From IMG/VR virus record IMGVR_UViG_2534682161_000025: a stretch of 40,833 nt of DNA; one strand, written 5' to 3'. The translations under genes and the position numbers were made by a program. The notes under the pieces are model-generated. The model had not been told where the DNA came from, made no database searches, and saw nothing but the letters and a program-made list of their open reading frames with translations. Source of the stretch: a virus. Its lineage: Duplodnaviria > Heunggongvirae > Uroviricota > Caudoviricetes. Below are positions 20,238 to 29,042 of this stretch, piece after piece (the stretch's first letter is position 1; every line of letters begins with the position of its first letter).

Positions 20238-20566
20238 TACTCACCCCCATTGCCGTACAGGGTTTCAGCCGCTGATTTTTCTACATCCCTGGAAACAGGA
20301 GCGATCGCCATATCAGTGATCTGCAGATCGGCGCTGCGATTAACACCATCGTCAGTTTCTCTGGCAGACAGGCCTCGAATAACAGCCTTTGCAGTTATCA
20401 TCACTTCTGTTCCGACGCCCTGAGGTTGTGCCTTCAGCTTATTCAATGTGTCGTTATTAAGAGTGATGCACAGCCCCCACGGGTATTCATCGCGAGTTCT
20501 GGTTTCTCCGCTCTCATCCTGGTAGCTGTCAGTGCCGGTTTTGAGGTTTACGAGTTCCATATACAC
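20237..20566 (-). CDS. Hypothetical virion-module protein (109 aa)
   Basis: ORF in operon context; preceded by a GC hairpin at about 20580..20598. Confidence 0.5.
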   Translation of the reverse strand: MYMELVNLKTGTDSYQDESGETRTRDEYPWGLCITLNNDTLNKLKAQPQGVGTEVMITAKAVIRGLSARETDDGVNRSADLQITDMAIAPVSRDVEKSAAETLYGNGGE

Positions 20567-20610
20567 TCCTGCAATAAAGGGGCCGAAGCCCCTTGTCTGA
20601 TTCGCGAGGC

Positions 20611-20955
20611 TTACACGCCCAGTTCTTTACGCTTATCTGCGATCTTCTCGCGGAGCGTTTCGGCTTTGGCGTTATGGTGTGGCTCCTCGTTAAAGAGCAA
20701 TTCGTACTCTTCACGGAGCTTATCCAGTTCACCATCATCTGACACATCGTTGATGATTTTGGTGCTGGTTGCTGCCATAGTCACCTTTCCTGCTACCTTT
20801 GCTTTTGCCTGTCTGGCTGCATCGTTAACAGGTTCCAGTGCGCTACCAGGCTCACCTTCGTATTCGATTTCTGCCCCCTCCGGCCACAGAGTGTTATGGA
20901 TATGAGAGAGGCGCATAACGCGGTATCTTGGTTTCTCACCTGACATCGATATCAC
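20611..20955 (-). CDS. Hypothetical head-module protein (114 aa)
   Basis: ORF in operon context between decoration-like and tail genes. Confidence 0.5.
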   Translation of the reverse strand: MISMSGEKPRYRVMRLSHIHNTLWPEGAEIEYEGEPGSALEPVNDAARQAKAKVAGKVTMAATSTKIINDVSDDGELDKLREEYELLFNEEPHHNAKAETLREKIADKRKELGV

Positions 20956-20956
20956 C

Positions 20957-21394
20957 TTAACCAGTTACTTTTGAGCGGATCGGATACGGCGTATTGGCAT
21001 CAACATCAAGACTGATACCAGCAGTGAATTCGCCAGCCGTTAGTGGGCCAGTTGCGACGGAGTAGTTAACACGCAGATATCGCTGAACACCGGCAGGCAC
21101 CTTTGCAGAAACAACTCGTTTACCTGCTGTCAGGGCGGTCTTTGCCAGTGCGCCACTATCATAAATAGTGGTCCATGAGCTGTTATTCTCACTCGTCTGC
21201 AACTGGATGTTTACAGTTGCATCACCGCTTGCCGCGGCGGCTGTGTTAACCAGCGCCCAAAACTCAAGCGGGTAACCCACGCCGATATCACGACGTTTTC
21301 CGTCAATTGGACCGAGATCGATTACGTCAGTAGAAGCCGCGGTATTCGTAACCGCCTGAGCTTCGGAGAACATCAACAGTTTGTCGGTGATCAT
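20957..21394 (-). CDS. Putative capsid decoration/accessory protein (145 aa)
   Basis: Immediately downstream of the major capsid gene; Ala/Thr/Gly-rich. Confidence 0.55.
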   Translation of the reverse strand: MITDKLLMFSEAQAVTNTAASTDVIDLGPIDGKRRDIGVGYPLEFWALVNTAAAASGDATVNIQLQTSENNSSWTTIYDSGALAKTALTAGKRVVSAKVPAGVQRYLRVNYSVATGPLTAGEFTAGISLDVDANTPYPIRSKVTG

Positions 21395-21445
21395 CTTCTT
21401 TCTCCATTAGTGGGTCTGTTACGACCCACAGGTTAATAACAGGCG

Positions 21446-22438
21446 TTACACCACGCGGGCTTCTGTTTCCAGAAGCGCATCAGTTTCACGGATTGGTACA
21501 CCACGGAATGAAGTCCACCACTCGCCTTCTGTCTCTTTTACGCTGATCGCCAGAGATGTTTTCTCCAGAGATTGCAGATCAAGAGCCTGGCCTACAGTGC
21601 GGTTCATGTAGAACACCGGGCGGCCCATGCCACGGTTTGGAATGCGATGCAGTGCTTTAACCATCAACTTCGCAATATTTGCGGCAGAGGAAGGTTCTGA
21701 AAGATTGCTGACATCGATGTTTGCAATGCGAACAACATAACGCCAGTCACGCAGAGCAAGTCCGTTATCCCATTTATAATGGGTGCGATAGCCTTCGTAC
21801 TTGCCGCCATTAGCATCTTCCAGTGTCACCTGGCCTTTATCTTCCATCTGGATGCCAGCCTTCTGCCCTTTCGGGAAGATGCCATGCACGGTGTTTTCGC
21901 CCCACACCACTAACCAGATTGAGGTGTTATCTGTACCCGTGCCACCAGCATCAATGATGTTCTGAGCATTACCCGCAGACAGGCTGGAATAGCGGGAGGA
22001 CAGTCCCATAAACTGCTGAGGGTTAACGCTGGAATCACCATAAAACAGCGTCTGCGCCATCTGCTGATTCATCGCTTCAATAAATGCGCGGTCTTCAGAC
22101 AGGCGGAATTCGGCGGTATTGCCGTTCAGATCAGCCAGTGACTTATCGACTTCAGCATAGGTTTCCAGCATGCCAACGGAATCGGTTACCTGCACTGTGG
22201 TTGATTTGCTTGGCTGTACGCCATAGTTCAGCAAACGCCAGGTAGCTGAAGGTAAACCAGAACGAATGGTGGTTCGGTGTCCGGTAGGAAGGTTCCCTTC
22301 GACAAAAGGCATATCCTGAAGGATCGGGTTAGTTTGACCGAGAAGCTCGATAATCTTATCGACTTTCCCGTTTGGATCGACGCGCTTACCCCAGTCAGCC
22401 AGCGTTAGCGCAGTTAAGCCTTTAACAGCCATTGTCAT
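21446..22438 (-). CDS. Major capsid protein (330 aa)
   Basis: Position after scaffold gene; size typical of podovirus capsid proteins; followed by a hairpin at about 21405..21428. Confidence 0.7.
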   Translation of the reverse strand: MTMAVKGLTALTLADWGKRVDPNGKVDKIIELLGQTNPILQDMPFVEGNLPTGHRTTIRSGLPSATWRLLNYGVQPSKSTTVQVTDSVGMLETYAEVDKSLADLNGNTAEFRLSEDRAFIEAMNQQMAQTLFYGDSSVNPQQFMGLSSRYSSLSAGNAQNIIDAGGTGTDNTSIWLVVWGENTVHGIFPKGQKAGIQMEDKGQVTLEDANGGKYEGYRTHYKWDNGLALRDWRYVVRIANIDVSNLSEPSSAANIAKLMVKALHRIPNRGMGRPVFYMNRTVGQALDLQSLEKTSLAISVKETEGEWWTSFRGVPIRETDALLETEARVV

Positions 22439-22446
22439 TTCCTCTC

Positions 22447-23148
22447 TTATTTGCCATAGAGCACTTCGGCCGCACTACGCTGGCCTTCATTACCACCGGT
22501 GACCATGCCATCTTCAGACATCGCCTTTCCGATTTTCACGAACGTTTTGACCAGATCAGGGTGATTACCCAGCCCGGTGGTGTTCAGATATTCTTTGAGT
22601 TCAGGTGTCCCGAACTGGTCAAGCGCACGCTGTGCGGCGCTAAGGTTAGAAATCAACTTGTCGCCACCGATTTCTTTGTCAGCTTTTACATCAGCAGCCC
22701 ACTGCTCGGTTGTTTTCTGCCAGGCTTCTGCCTGGCGCTGCTGCACACCTGCCAGAATCTTCGGATAAGCATCAACCAGCTTTTGCGCTTGCTCGTTGGT
22801 CAGGTTAAGTTCTCGCGCCACCGGCTCGAATTCCTTCAACGCTTCTGTATCCAGCTCTACGCCTTCGGCAGCCTGAAACTCGTACTTCTCAGGCGCACCC
22901 TCTGGTTTATCGCCGTCCTTTTTTTCATCCTGCTTATCGTTTTCAGGCTTTTTGTCATCAGCAGGTTTATCGCCATCAGCAACAGGTTGTGGCTTATCAC
23001 CTTCCGATTGTGATGGATCACCAACTGGAGCAGGGTTATCACCTGCAGGCGCTGACGGTTCTGACGCAGCCGGAGCTGCTCCACCATCGACTGGTTGCTC
23101 ATTGCAAAGACGGCGATACAGCAAACGCTCAAATAAATTCATGATCAC
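22447..23148 (-). CDS. Scaffolding protein (233 aa)
   Basis: Acidic, Pro/Ala/Asp/Lys-rich N-terminal half (repeated DGDKPA-like segments) and helical C-terminus; between portal and capsid. Confidence 0.55.
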   Translation of the reverse strand: MIMNLFERLLYRRLCNEQPVDGGAAPAASEPSAPAGDNPAPVGDPSQSEGDKPQPVADGDKPADDKKPENDKQDEKKDGDKPEGAPEKYEFQAAEGVELDTEALKEFEPVARELNLTNEQAQKLVDAYPKILAGVQQRQAEAWQKTTEQWAADVKADKEIGGDKLISNLSAAQRALDQFGTPELKEYLNTTGLGNHPDLVKTFVKIGKAMSEDGMVTGGNEGQRSAAEVLYGK

Positions 23149-23441
23149 TCCTGTTCACTGGCCTCTTTGGCCATCTTCAAATACTGTTCAGGGCAATGCG
23201 CCATAACGCGCTGAAACAGTTCCAGCGCCAGATTGCGTTGCCCCTCATTAAATGCCATTGCCATAGCATCCATCGGAGAGATAGCGGAAAACACCCGGCC
23301 TTTCTCCAGCACAGACCAGACAACGCGACGCCCCTGTTCACTGCTCATGACAAAGCGAATGTCATCAATTTCACGTTGTGCCATGTCACGTTGCTTACGG
23401 GCGTTTTCTTCTTTCAGTTGATCGTCTTCGTAATCTGTCAT
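23145..23441 (-). CDS. Hypothetical small acidic head-module protein (98 aa)
   Basis: ATGA-coupled to portal stop and scaffold start. Confidence 0.5.
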   Translation of the reverse strand: MTDYEDDQLKEENARKQRDMAQREIDDIRFVMSSEQGRRVVWSVLEKGRVFSAISPMDAMAMAFNEGQRNLALELFQRVMAHCPEQYLKMAKEASEQE

Positions 23442-25117
23442 TGTGATTGCCCACCCTGACCACTAACTGCATTCGCCATAGCTGACAAAACACTCGGATC
23501 CGAAGTTTTAGCTTCGCTTAGCGTCTTGGCACCCTGTGCCGCCGCCATCCCCATCTCCATCATTTGTTGCTGCTGTTGTTGCTGTGCCCGTTGCTGGCGA
23601 GCCTGCTCAACCTGTTCCTGCGGAACAATGACGGTTGGAGACACTCCGGACATATCAGCGAATGCATCGATTGCCTGATCAACGTTGAGTTTGTCGAGAG
23701 CTTCTGGTTTCGCTTGCGCAAGTTGACCAATGAAGTTGACCGTAGACGCCAGACTGGACAGGCCGATAGACTTCTGCGCCTGAGCCATGACGGAAATGTA
23801 TTCGACCTTCAGGGGCATACCTTCCATCGCGTCAGGCGGGGGCGGCAGCATGTTTTTACGCACCATCATCGAGAAAGCGCGGTCAATGAGAGGATTAAGA
23901 CATTCGTCGTTCAGACGCTCCAGAACCGGCCCCAACATCAGAAGTTTTTCTTCTTTCATTTCGATCACCGCTTCAACAGGCATCGAACGGGTATTGATGT
24001 TCTGCAACATCATGAACAGATCGACAAAGTAGGCACTGTTAATGATTTGACGAGTGTCCTGAATGTCTGCCACCAGATCTGCTGTACTGGGGTTAACCAG
24101 ATAAGCAGGCCTGAAACCATCCTGACCAGTAATCTGATCGATATACGTGATGTCGCCAGGAAGAAGGGAGGCGCGCTGATTCTTGAGGGAAGTCGGAGCA
24201 ATCATCGGCGGATTGGTGGCTTTATCAATCAACTGCGACTTGCGCTTCTGGAGAAGCTGCAATGCCTTAACAGGTCCAAGCGCCAGCATACCCGGGCATG
24301 ATGATCCATAAACATCTTCGCCGTTAACTTCCCAGCGCGGAGCCATAATTGGAAACTCATCGAATCCTGACTCACGCAACAACTTGTCGTTATCACCGCC
24401 AACCTCGTAATAAACCGATTTGAATGGCTTGTTCTTGCTATCCAGCTTCGATGTATCGCGGTCAATGTTCGGGTAAACCGAATGCATCACTTCAATCCAC
24501 TTCTCGTAGGTGCCGCTTTCCCACATGCTTTTTACGGATTCGCTGACGTTATTTAGCCCGAACTCCTGAACAAGCTGACGAACAGTCATAGAGAACTTGC
24601 GAAAACAGGTGTCCACACTGCCACGAGGTGAGTTAGCCAGGTAGTAACTGCCTATCGGGAATGGCATTGTGCGAATGATGTCATCGTCATCCTCCAGTAC
24701 CGCCATTGCACCAGTGCTGTATGTGCCGAGGCTTCCGTATAACTGCGGCAGCGACTGATAGAGATTCGACTTATTGAACATATCGTTCATGCGGTTCTGC
24801 ACCGCCTCAAGCCACAACTTAACAGGGCCATAATCCATCATTTCAGGATCTGGCGTAGCCAGGCGAAACCACGGACGCGCGGGGCTTGTGATGCCTGACA
24901 TCATGCCGCTGGCGAGAGTGCGCGCCGCCATAGTCCCGGTCGAATCAATAATGCGTGTATTGCGTCGATCGTTACGGTTGACCTCAGAAGTCAGAAAGCG
25001 GGAACCACGCGGGTTGATGTAATCACTCAACTCGCGCCAGTGCGGCTCGAACGACTGACGCTCGCTTTCAAGTTGTGCGAACTGTTTGTTCAATCGCTCT
25101 TTAGTTGTTTCCGCCAT
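23438..25117 (-). CDS. Portal (head-to-tail connector), T7 gp8-like podovirus type
   Basis: 559 aa; Q-rich/Ala-Met-rich C-terminus (QQRAQQQQQQQMMEMGMAAAQGA) and N-terminal region resemble the T7 connector; GGAG SD. Confidence 0.7.
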   Translation of the reverse strand: MAETTKERLNKQFAQLESERQSFEPHWRELSDYINPRGSRFLTSEVNRNDRRNTRIIDSTGTMAARTLASGMMSGITSPARPWFRLATPDPEMMDYGPVKLWLEAVQNRMNDMFNKSNLYQSLPQLYGSLGTYSTGAMAVLEDDDDIIRTMPFPIGSYYLANSPRGSVDTCFRKFSMTVRQLVQEFGLNNVSESVKSMWESGTYEKWIEVMHSVYPNIDRDTSKLDSKNKPFKSVYYEVGGDNDKLLRESGFDEFPIMAPRWEVNGEDVYGSSCPGMLALGPVKALQLLQKRKSQLIDKATNPPMIAPTSLKNQRASLLPGDITYIDQITGQDGFRPAYLVNPSTADLVADIQDTRQIINSAYFVDLFMMLQNINTRSMPVEAVIEMKEEKLLMLGPVLERLNDECLNPLIDRAFSMMVRKNMLPPPPDAMEGMPLKVEYISVMAQAQKSIGLSSLASTVNFIGQLAQAKPEALDKLNVDQAIDAFADMSGVSPTVIVPQEQVEQARQQRAQQQQQQQMMEMGMAAAQGAKTLSEAKTSDPSVLSAMANAVSGQGGQSQ

Positions 25118-25131
25118 TTCAATGACTCCGG

Positions 25132-25338
25132 TTACTGACCAAGCAGCGTTTTACCGCTGGTATTAGCGGTTGATGTGTCACCCTGAGAACCGGTAAGCAG
25201 CGTAGAACTACGACCAGCAGCAGCGCGACGGCGACGTGTTTCTTCGTCGCGGGCATCAACAACGGCGGCATCCTGCTCCTGTGGTGCTGCCTGAACTTCT
25301 GGTGTTGCAGGCACTGATGGTGAGCTACCCATGCACAT
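25132..25338 (-). CDS. Hypothetical small protein (68 aa)
   Basis: ATG preceded by CGGAGTCATTGAT, nearly the same initiation region as the portal gene (CGGAGTCATTGAA). Confidence 0.4.
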   Translation of the reverse strand: MCMGSSPSVPATPEVQAAPQEQDAAVVDARDEETRRRRAAAGRSSTLLTGSQGDTSTANTSGKTLLGQ

Positions 25339-25428
25339 ATCAATGACTCCGTACGCAATTAAATTATTACCAATTTAACCACATATGATTTATTTATCGT
25401 AGACAGTTGACATTTAACGCACGAATTA

Positions 25429-25443
25429 TTACCTTTCAGGTAA
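25429..25443. promoter_or_regulatory. Dyad site TTACC-tttca-GGTAA (site C), preceded by TTGACA
   Basis: AATTATTACCTTTCAGGTAA; TTGACA at 25407..25412; heads the plus-strand tRNA island. Confidence 0.45.
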
Positions 25444-25765
25444 GCAGAGAGTGCATTCCTGTTATTAACCTGACTGGCTTGTCGTTAAATTGAACAGGTG
25501 GAGTGAGATTTTATTTTGAGCAGTACGGCGTATGGCACATGCGCCGATAGCGGTCTGGATACGTTTAATGGGCACCCTCCCTTGCTCGGGCAAACGAACC
25601 AGGTAGCCGGAATGTGCAAGTCGAGCGGTTTTATTCCGCGCACGGGGATTCACCATCCCGGCGATTCGGTGTGACGCCTCGGAAGAGACGAGGGTGCAAC
25701 GATGAGAGCATTTATGGAGCCGCGACAAAGTGTGGCGCCTTAACAGGCTAAGTGCTCTCAGCGTT

Positions 25766-25842
25766 GTGGCATTAGCTCAGTTGGACAGAGCAACCGCCTT
25801 CTAAGCGGTCGGTCGCAGGTTCGAATCCTGCATGCCACGCCA
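25766..25842 (+). tRNA. tRNA-Arg (anticodon UCU, reads AGA), phage-encoded
   Basis: 77 nt; 7-bp acceptor stem GTGGCAT/ATGCCAC, D-arm GCTC/GAGC, anticodon loop CTTCTAA, T-arm GCAGG-TTCGAAT-CCTGC, encoded CCA; related to but distinct from host argU. Confidence 0.85.
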
Positions 25843-25886
25843 GAATCACGCCTAAGGACCGTGATGCCAGAAGTTCCAGGGGCTTG

Positions 25887-25927
25887 GCGGTGATGGTTTC
25901 CCTTGAAGGACTATCACCGCCCTTTTT
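25887..25927 (+). terminator. Intrinsic terminator after the tRNA
   Basis: ggcggtgat...atcaccgcc stem followed by CTTTTT. Confidence 0.5.
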
Positions 25928-26045
25928 ACAGCAGGACGCCATTGCGATGGCTTCATGCTGTAAACCAGTACAGCCACGGAAGGCATAACTCATTGCTTCC
26001 AGTTCGCCCGGTTCGCCGGGCATTTTTTTAAGGTGAGATTAGACT

Positions 26046-26417
26046 ATGAGTGACAAAGACATTGAATCTGAAATTCAGGCTAAAGGTTTAGCCGCGCCGC
26101 GCGTTACGCCAGACCATATCGAGAGTATTATTGCTCAGGAGGCATATTTCACAGCAGAAGATGGTATCTTTGGCGTAGCCATAAAAGCGAAACATACTGG
26201 CGGAGAGGTAAACTACCAGCCGCACGAATCACTTTCTCTGCTGACGTTCTGCGTTCTGGTGCTGCGCAATGGCTTCACCGTCACCGGAGAGAGCGCCTGT
26301 GCAAGCCCGGAAAACTTTGATGCGGAAATTGGTCGGAAGATTGCCCGGCAGAATGCTGTAAACAAAATCTGGATGCTTGAAGGTTACTTGCTGAAGCAGA
26401 AGTTAAGCGAGCAATAA
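26046..26417 (+). CDS. Conserved phage protein, possibly N4 Gp49 / Sf6 gp66 family; moron
   Basis: 123 aa; ATG with AGGTGAGA SD; family assignment from memory of similar prophage proteins, not verified. Confidence 0.6.
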   Translation: MSDKDIESEIQAKGLAAPRVTPDHIESIIAQEAYFTAEDGIFGVAIKAKHTGGEVNYQPHESLSLLTFCVLVLRNGFTVTGESACASPENFDAEIGRKIARQNAVNKIWMLEGYLLKQKLSEQ

Positions 26418-26421
26418 CACC

Positions 26422-26433
26422 GTGACATGTCAC
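26422..26433. repeat. Perfect 12-bp palindrome GTGACATGTCAC (copy 2 of 3)
   Basis: Lies 4 bp after the stop of the 26046 gene and 4 bp before a terminator hairpin. Confidence 0.8.
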
Positions 26434-26437
26434 AAAC

Positions 26438-26465
26438 AGCCAGCCGATGAGCTGGCTTTGTTTTA
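26438..26465 (+). terminator. Intrinsic terminator
   Basis: agccagc-cgatga-gctggct followed by TTGTTTT. Confidence 0.6.
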
Positions 26466-26507
26466 TCCTCACCAGAGGATATCTCCGTCATTATCCCCGC
26501 TAACGGA

Positions 26508-27983
26508 TTAAGCATAGGGATCGTAATCTGTAATGGCCTTGCCTTGCTGGTTCTGCTGCCCGGGAATTCGCAGACGCTTAGACACAGGGAACGCAAACGT
26601 CAGCAGTAGCGCATCGCCTTTACCCGGCGAACGCCCAAGCCGCTCCTTGATATCTTCCTTCGGTTCGATAACGATTTTACCGTCCACTCGAACTTTGTAC
26701 TCTGCCGCCGACAGGTCGTCCGCTGTTTCCTGGTCATCCAGCATGCCGCCCAGCCTCAGCCATGTCTTGCATGAGTTGAACATCTCCCCACGCTTGTTGA
26801 GCATCTGCGGGTCAGTAGACGCGCCACCGAACGGAACAAGTTGCCATGTGCGCCCCCAACCGTCACCGATTGACTTCAGCCCGGTACCGTAACCGAAGTC
26901 GATGAACACCGCGTCAGCCTGATACTGGTCTTCAAAGTCAGCGATACGCTTCGCCATAATCAGATCATCAGTGGTCTTGTTGCCGGTCCACAGCACCTTA
27001 CTATGCAGCCCCTGCCGCAGGTATATCACAGCGTCATCAACGCCGGAGTATGCCGGGTCAACGCCGATTATCACCGGAGCATGTGCAACCTGCGCAGCGG
27101 TTACCACCCGTTTCATTGCCTCGTCAGTAAGTCCGGTAGGGATAAACTGCAATTCAGATGCATCCGGGAATATGCCGCGCACACGGATTTTAACGAAGTC
27201 GCTGTCTTCCCCGTAGTCATCAACCCATTTCTGCAACTGCTGTTTGTTAGTGCCTTCCACCGTCCGGCTGTCAATCTGCGCAGTTTTCCAGCGGTGTTTA
27301 TATTTGCGGAAACATTCGCGGAAACGCCCGGTGTTACGTGTAGGGTTTCCGAACGCCACCCAGATAATCTCAGTGTCTTCGTCCGTAAGCGCACCCTCAG
27401 CAACTTCCCACACCAGATCCGCAATGTTCGACGCTTCATCGAATACCACGATGATGCGTTTGCGCTCGTTGTGTAGTCCGGCGAATGCCTCAGTGTTGTG
27501 CTCAGACCAGGGGATTGCGTCAGCTCGCCACCGCTTGTCGTGCCCAGGATCATTGCTGTACATCGCGGTAGCGGTACAGGTAAACCAGTCTTTCGTGATA
27601 GCAAGGTTCGACCACTTGATAATTTCCGGCCAGGTCTTCGTTCGTAGCTGGTTGTCGGTGTTGGCGGTCACCACGACCTTACAATCCTCGCAAGTGGACA
27701 TGCCCCAGTTGATCAGCATTGAGATGAATGCGGATTTACCAATACCGTGACCAGAAGCGCGTGCCAGCATAAGCGGCTGATAGCGCGTCGCTGGATTCTG
27801 CAGGTGATCACGTATCTCTCGGAACGCATCAGCCTGCCACTGACGTGGGCCGGTAGCATGTGCCAGTTCAGTCCCTTCTTCCCCCCACGGGAACGCATAG
27901 AGGGCATAGCCAAGCGGATCGTGAGTGAACCCTGCAATATCCTCGATCAACTGCTCTTCAGGAGATAACGCTGTATCTGTCAC
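26508..27983 (-). CDS. Terminase large subunit
   Basis: 491 aa; Walker A-like GHGIGKS near the N-terminus; GTG start overlapping small-subunit stop (GTGA). Confidence 0.8.
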   Translation of the reverse strand: MTDTALSPEEQLIEDIAGFTHDPLGYALYAFPWGEEGTELAHATGPRQWQADAFREIRDHLQNPATRYQPLMLARASGHGIGKSAFISMLINWGMSTCEDCKVVVTANTDNQLRTKTWPEIIKWSNLAITKDWFTCTATAMYSNDPGHDKRWRADAIPWSEHNTEAFAGLHNERKRIIVVFDEASNIADLVWEVAEGALTDEDTEIIWVAFGNPTRNTGRFRECFRKYKHRWKTAQIDSRTVEGTNKQQLQKWVDDYGEDSDFVKIRVRGIFPDASELQFIPTGLTDEAMKRVVTAAQVAHAPVIIGVDPAYSGVDDAVIYLRQGLHSKVLWTGNKTTDDLIMAKRIADFEDQYQADAVFIDFGYGTGLKSIGDGWGRTWQLVPFGGASTDPQMLNKRGEMFNSCKTWLRLGGMLDDQETADDLSAAEYKVRVDGKIVIEPKEDIKERLGRSPGKGDALLLTFAFPVSKRLRIPGQQNQQGKAITDYDPYA

Positions 27984-28577
27984 TGATTACCATCCTGACG
28001 TTCTTTGAGTCGCTTCCTGGCTGCTGCTATGCGATCAGCAATTGTCACATTCACATTAACATCCAGACGTTCTTTGAACGCGTTGACATCAACATGCTTA
28101 CCAATCAGCTCAAGGTTCTTCACCTTGTCAGGCCATTTAATTTTTTTGAGGATTGTCTCTATCGAATCCTCGTTCATGTTCATGATGGTCGACGACAGAT
28201 CAAAGCCACTAAGCGTAGTGCGCCAGATTTTCGGCCACTCACGGATTGGTTTAAGGCTCCCATCGTCGTTGAGGATGTCGATCACGTCCATCTGGTCGAT
28301 CTCCACCAGGCGCATGAGAACGTAATCAGCACTGACGCGCATTCGTTTGTTGCGCTCCTCCATCAACTCGGCAATCCGTTTCTGAATGCGTTCATCGCGC
28401 ATCATGACACTGGCTTTAACTGCCGCTGTGTTTGGGGAGAATCCTGCGTTAATCGCTGCCTGAGTCTGGTTTTCAGGCGTTTTGATGTATGACTGGCAAT
28501 AAGCCTCCTGCATTGCTGTGAGCGGCTTAAATTGCGTTGATTTGCGTTTATAGGTTTTAGGTTCAGCAGGCATCATA
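27980..28577 (-). CDS. Terminase small subunit
   Basis: Start refined to ATGATG at 28577/28574 (track ORF extends through an upstream terminator); typical small-terminase helical N-terminal region. Confidence 0.65.
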
Positions 28578-28609
28578 ACCACCGTGGTAATAGTTACCGT
28601 TGTGGTAAT
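28577..28609. promoter_or_regulatory. Two dyad sites (TAACC-accgt-GGTAA and TTACC-gttgt-GGTAA) right upstream of terminase small
   Basis: Centres 18 bp apart; also readable as direct repeat ACTATTACCAC x2 on the minus strand; overlaps the start codon. Confidence 0.4.
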
Positions 28610-28620
28610 AGTACCATGCA

Positions 28621-28645
28621 AAATAAAGCCGCCATAGTTGGCGGC
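28621..28645 (-). terminator. Intrinsic terminator between early genes and terminase
   Basis: gccgcca-tagt-tggcggc hairpin followed on the minus strand by TTTATTT. Confidence 0.5.
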
Positions 28646-28686
28646 AGTATTCAAAATCCATCAAATTCATCATGCATAATCTACTC

Positions 28687-28698
28687 GTGACATGTCAC
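28687..28698. repeat. Perfect 12-bp palindrome GTGACATGTCAC (copy 3 of 3)
   Basis: Between the stop of the 115-aa Cys-cluster gene and the terminator upstream of terminase small. Confidence 0.8.
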
Positions 28699-29042
28699 AC
28701 TATTAATTTCGTTTCATGCCAGCCTTTAGTCACCCAGCATTGCGAGTCACCATTACACGGGCATGAATTAACTGGAACTCTCTCGCCGCACTTACCGCAA
28801 CGTTTTCTGCTGATCGATTTTATACGCCCGCGCACGCGTGCATCATCCTGGCGGATCAGTAACGCGATGTATTCGCTCATTTCATACGGCGCACGACCAG
28901 GGCGACGGGCGGCACAGTTACGCTCCAGCATTTCCTGCTCCTGCTTATCCAGCACCAGTTCAATTTTGCGCTCACCGGCGGCGGACTGCCGAGCGCGCTG
29001 CGCGGCTTTGCGTTCTGCGGGGGATTTAGCCACGAATCGCAC
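28695..29042 (-). CDS. Cys-cluster (putative zinc-binding) basic protein; candidate late-gene regulator
   Basis: 115 aa from GTG; C-terminal CGKCGE...CPCNGDSQC cluster; basic N-terminus; last early gene before terminase. Confidence 0.5.
   Translation of the reverse strand: MRFVAKSPAERKAAQRARQSAAGERKIELVLDKQEQEMLERNCAARRPGRAPYEMSEYIALLIRQDDARVRGRIKSISRKRCGKCGERVPVNSCPCNGDSQCWVTKGWHETKLIV

Noticed and set aside
13765-24301. Numerous 60 to 245-aa plus-strand ORFs inside the large minus-strand structural genes (for example 15571..16098, 19189..19893, 23564..24301)
   Set aside because: Antisense shadow ORFs in long coding regions; none has convincing initiation signals or known motifs.
25119-25358. 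79-aa His/Cys-rich ORF upstream of portal
   Set aside because: Its stop would cover the portal SD; the alternative frame 25132..25338 has a proper SD and initiation context.
25465-25728. 87-aa minus-strand ORF in the tRNA leader
   Set aside because: No SD, implausible composition, and it lies antisense within a region better explained as non-coding tRNA leader.
25958-25973. Second CTGT-N8-ACAG (possible LexA box) upstream of the 26046 gene
   Set aside because: Only 12 of 20 consensus positions and a GC-rich spacer (aaaccagt); the core alone is expected by chance about once in a window this size.
27003-27750. Plus-strand ORFs within terminase large (27003..27476, 27244..27750)
   Set aside because: Antisense to a well-supported terminase gene.
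28578-28654. N-terminal 26 residues of the track's terminase-small ORF
   Set aside because: This stretch contains the terminator hairpin and dyad sites; the ATGATG at 28577 with GGTGG SD is a better start.
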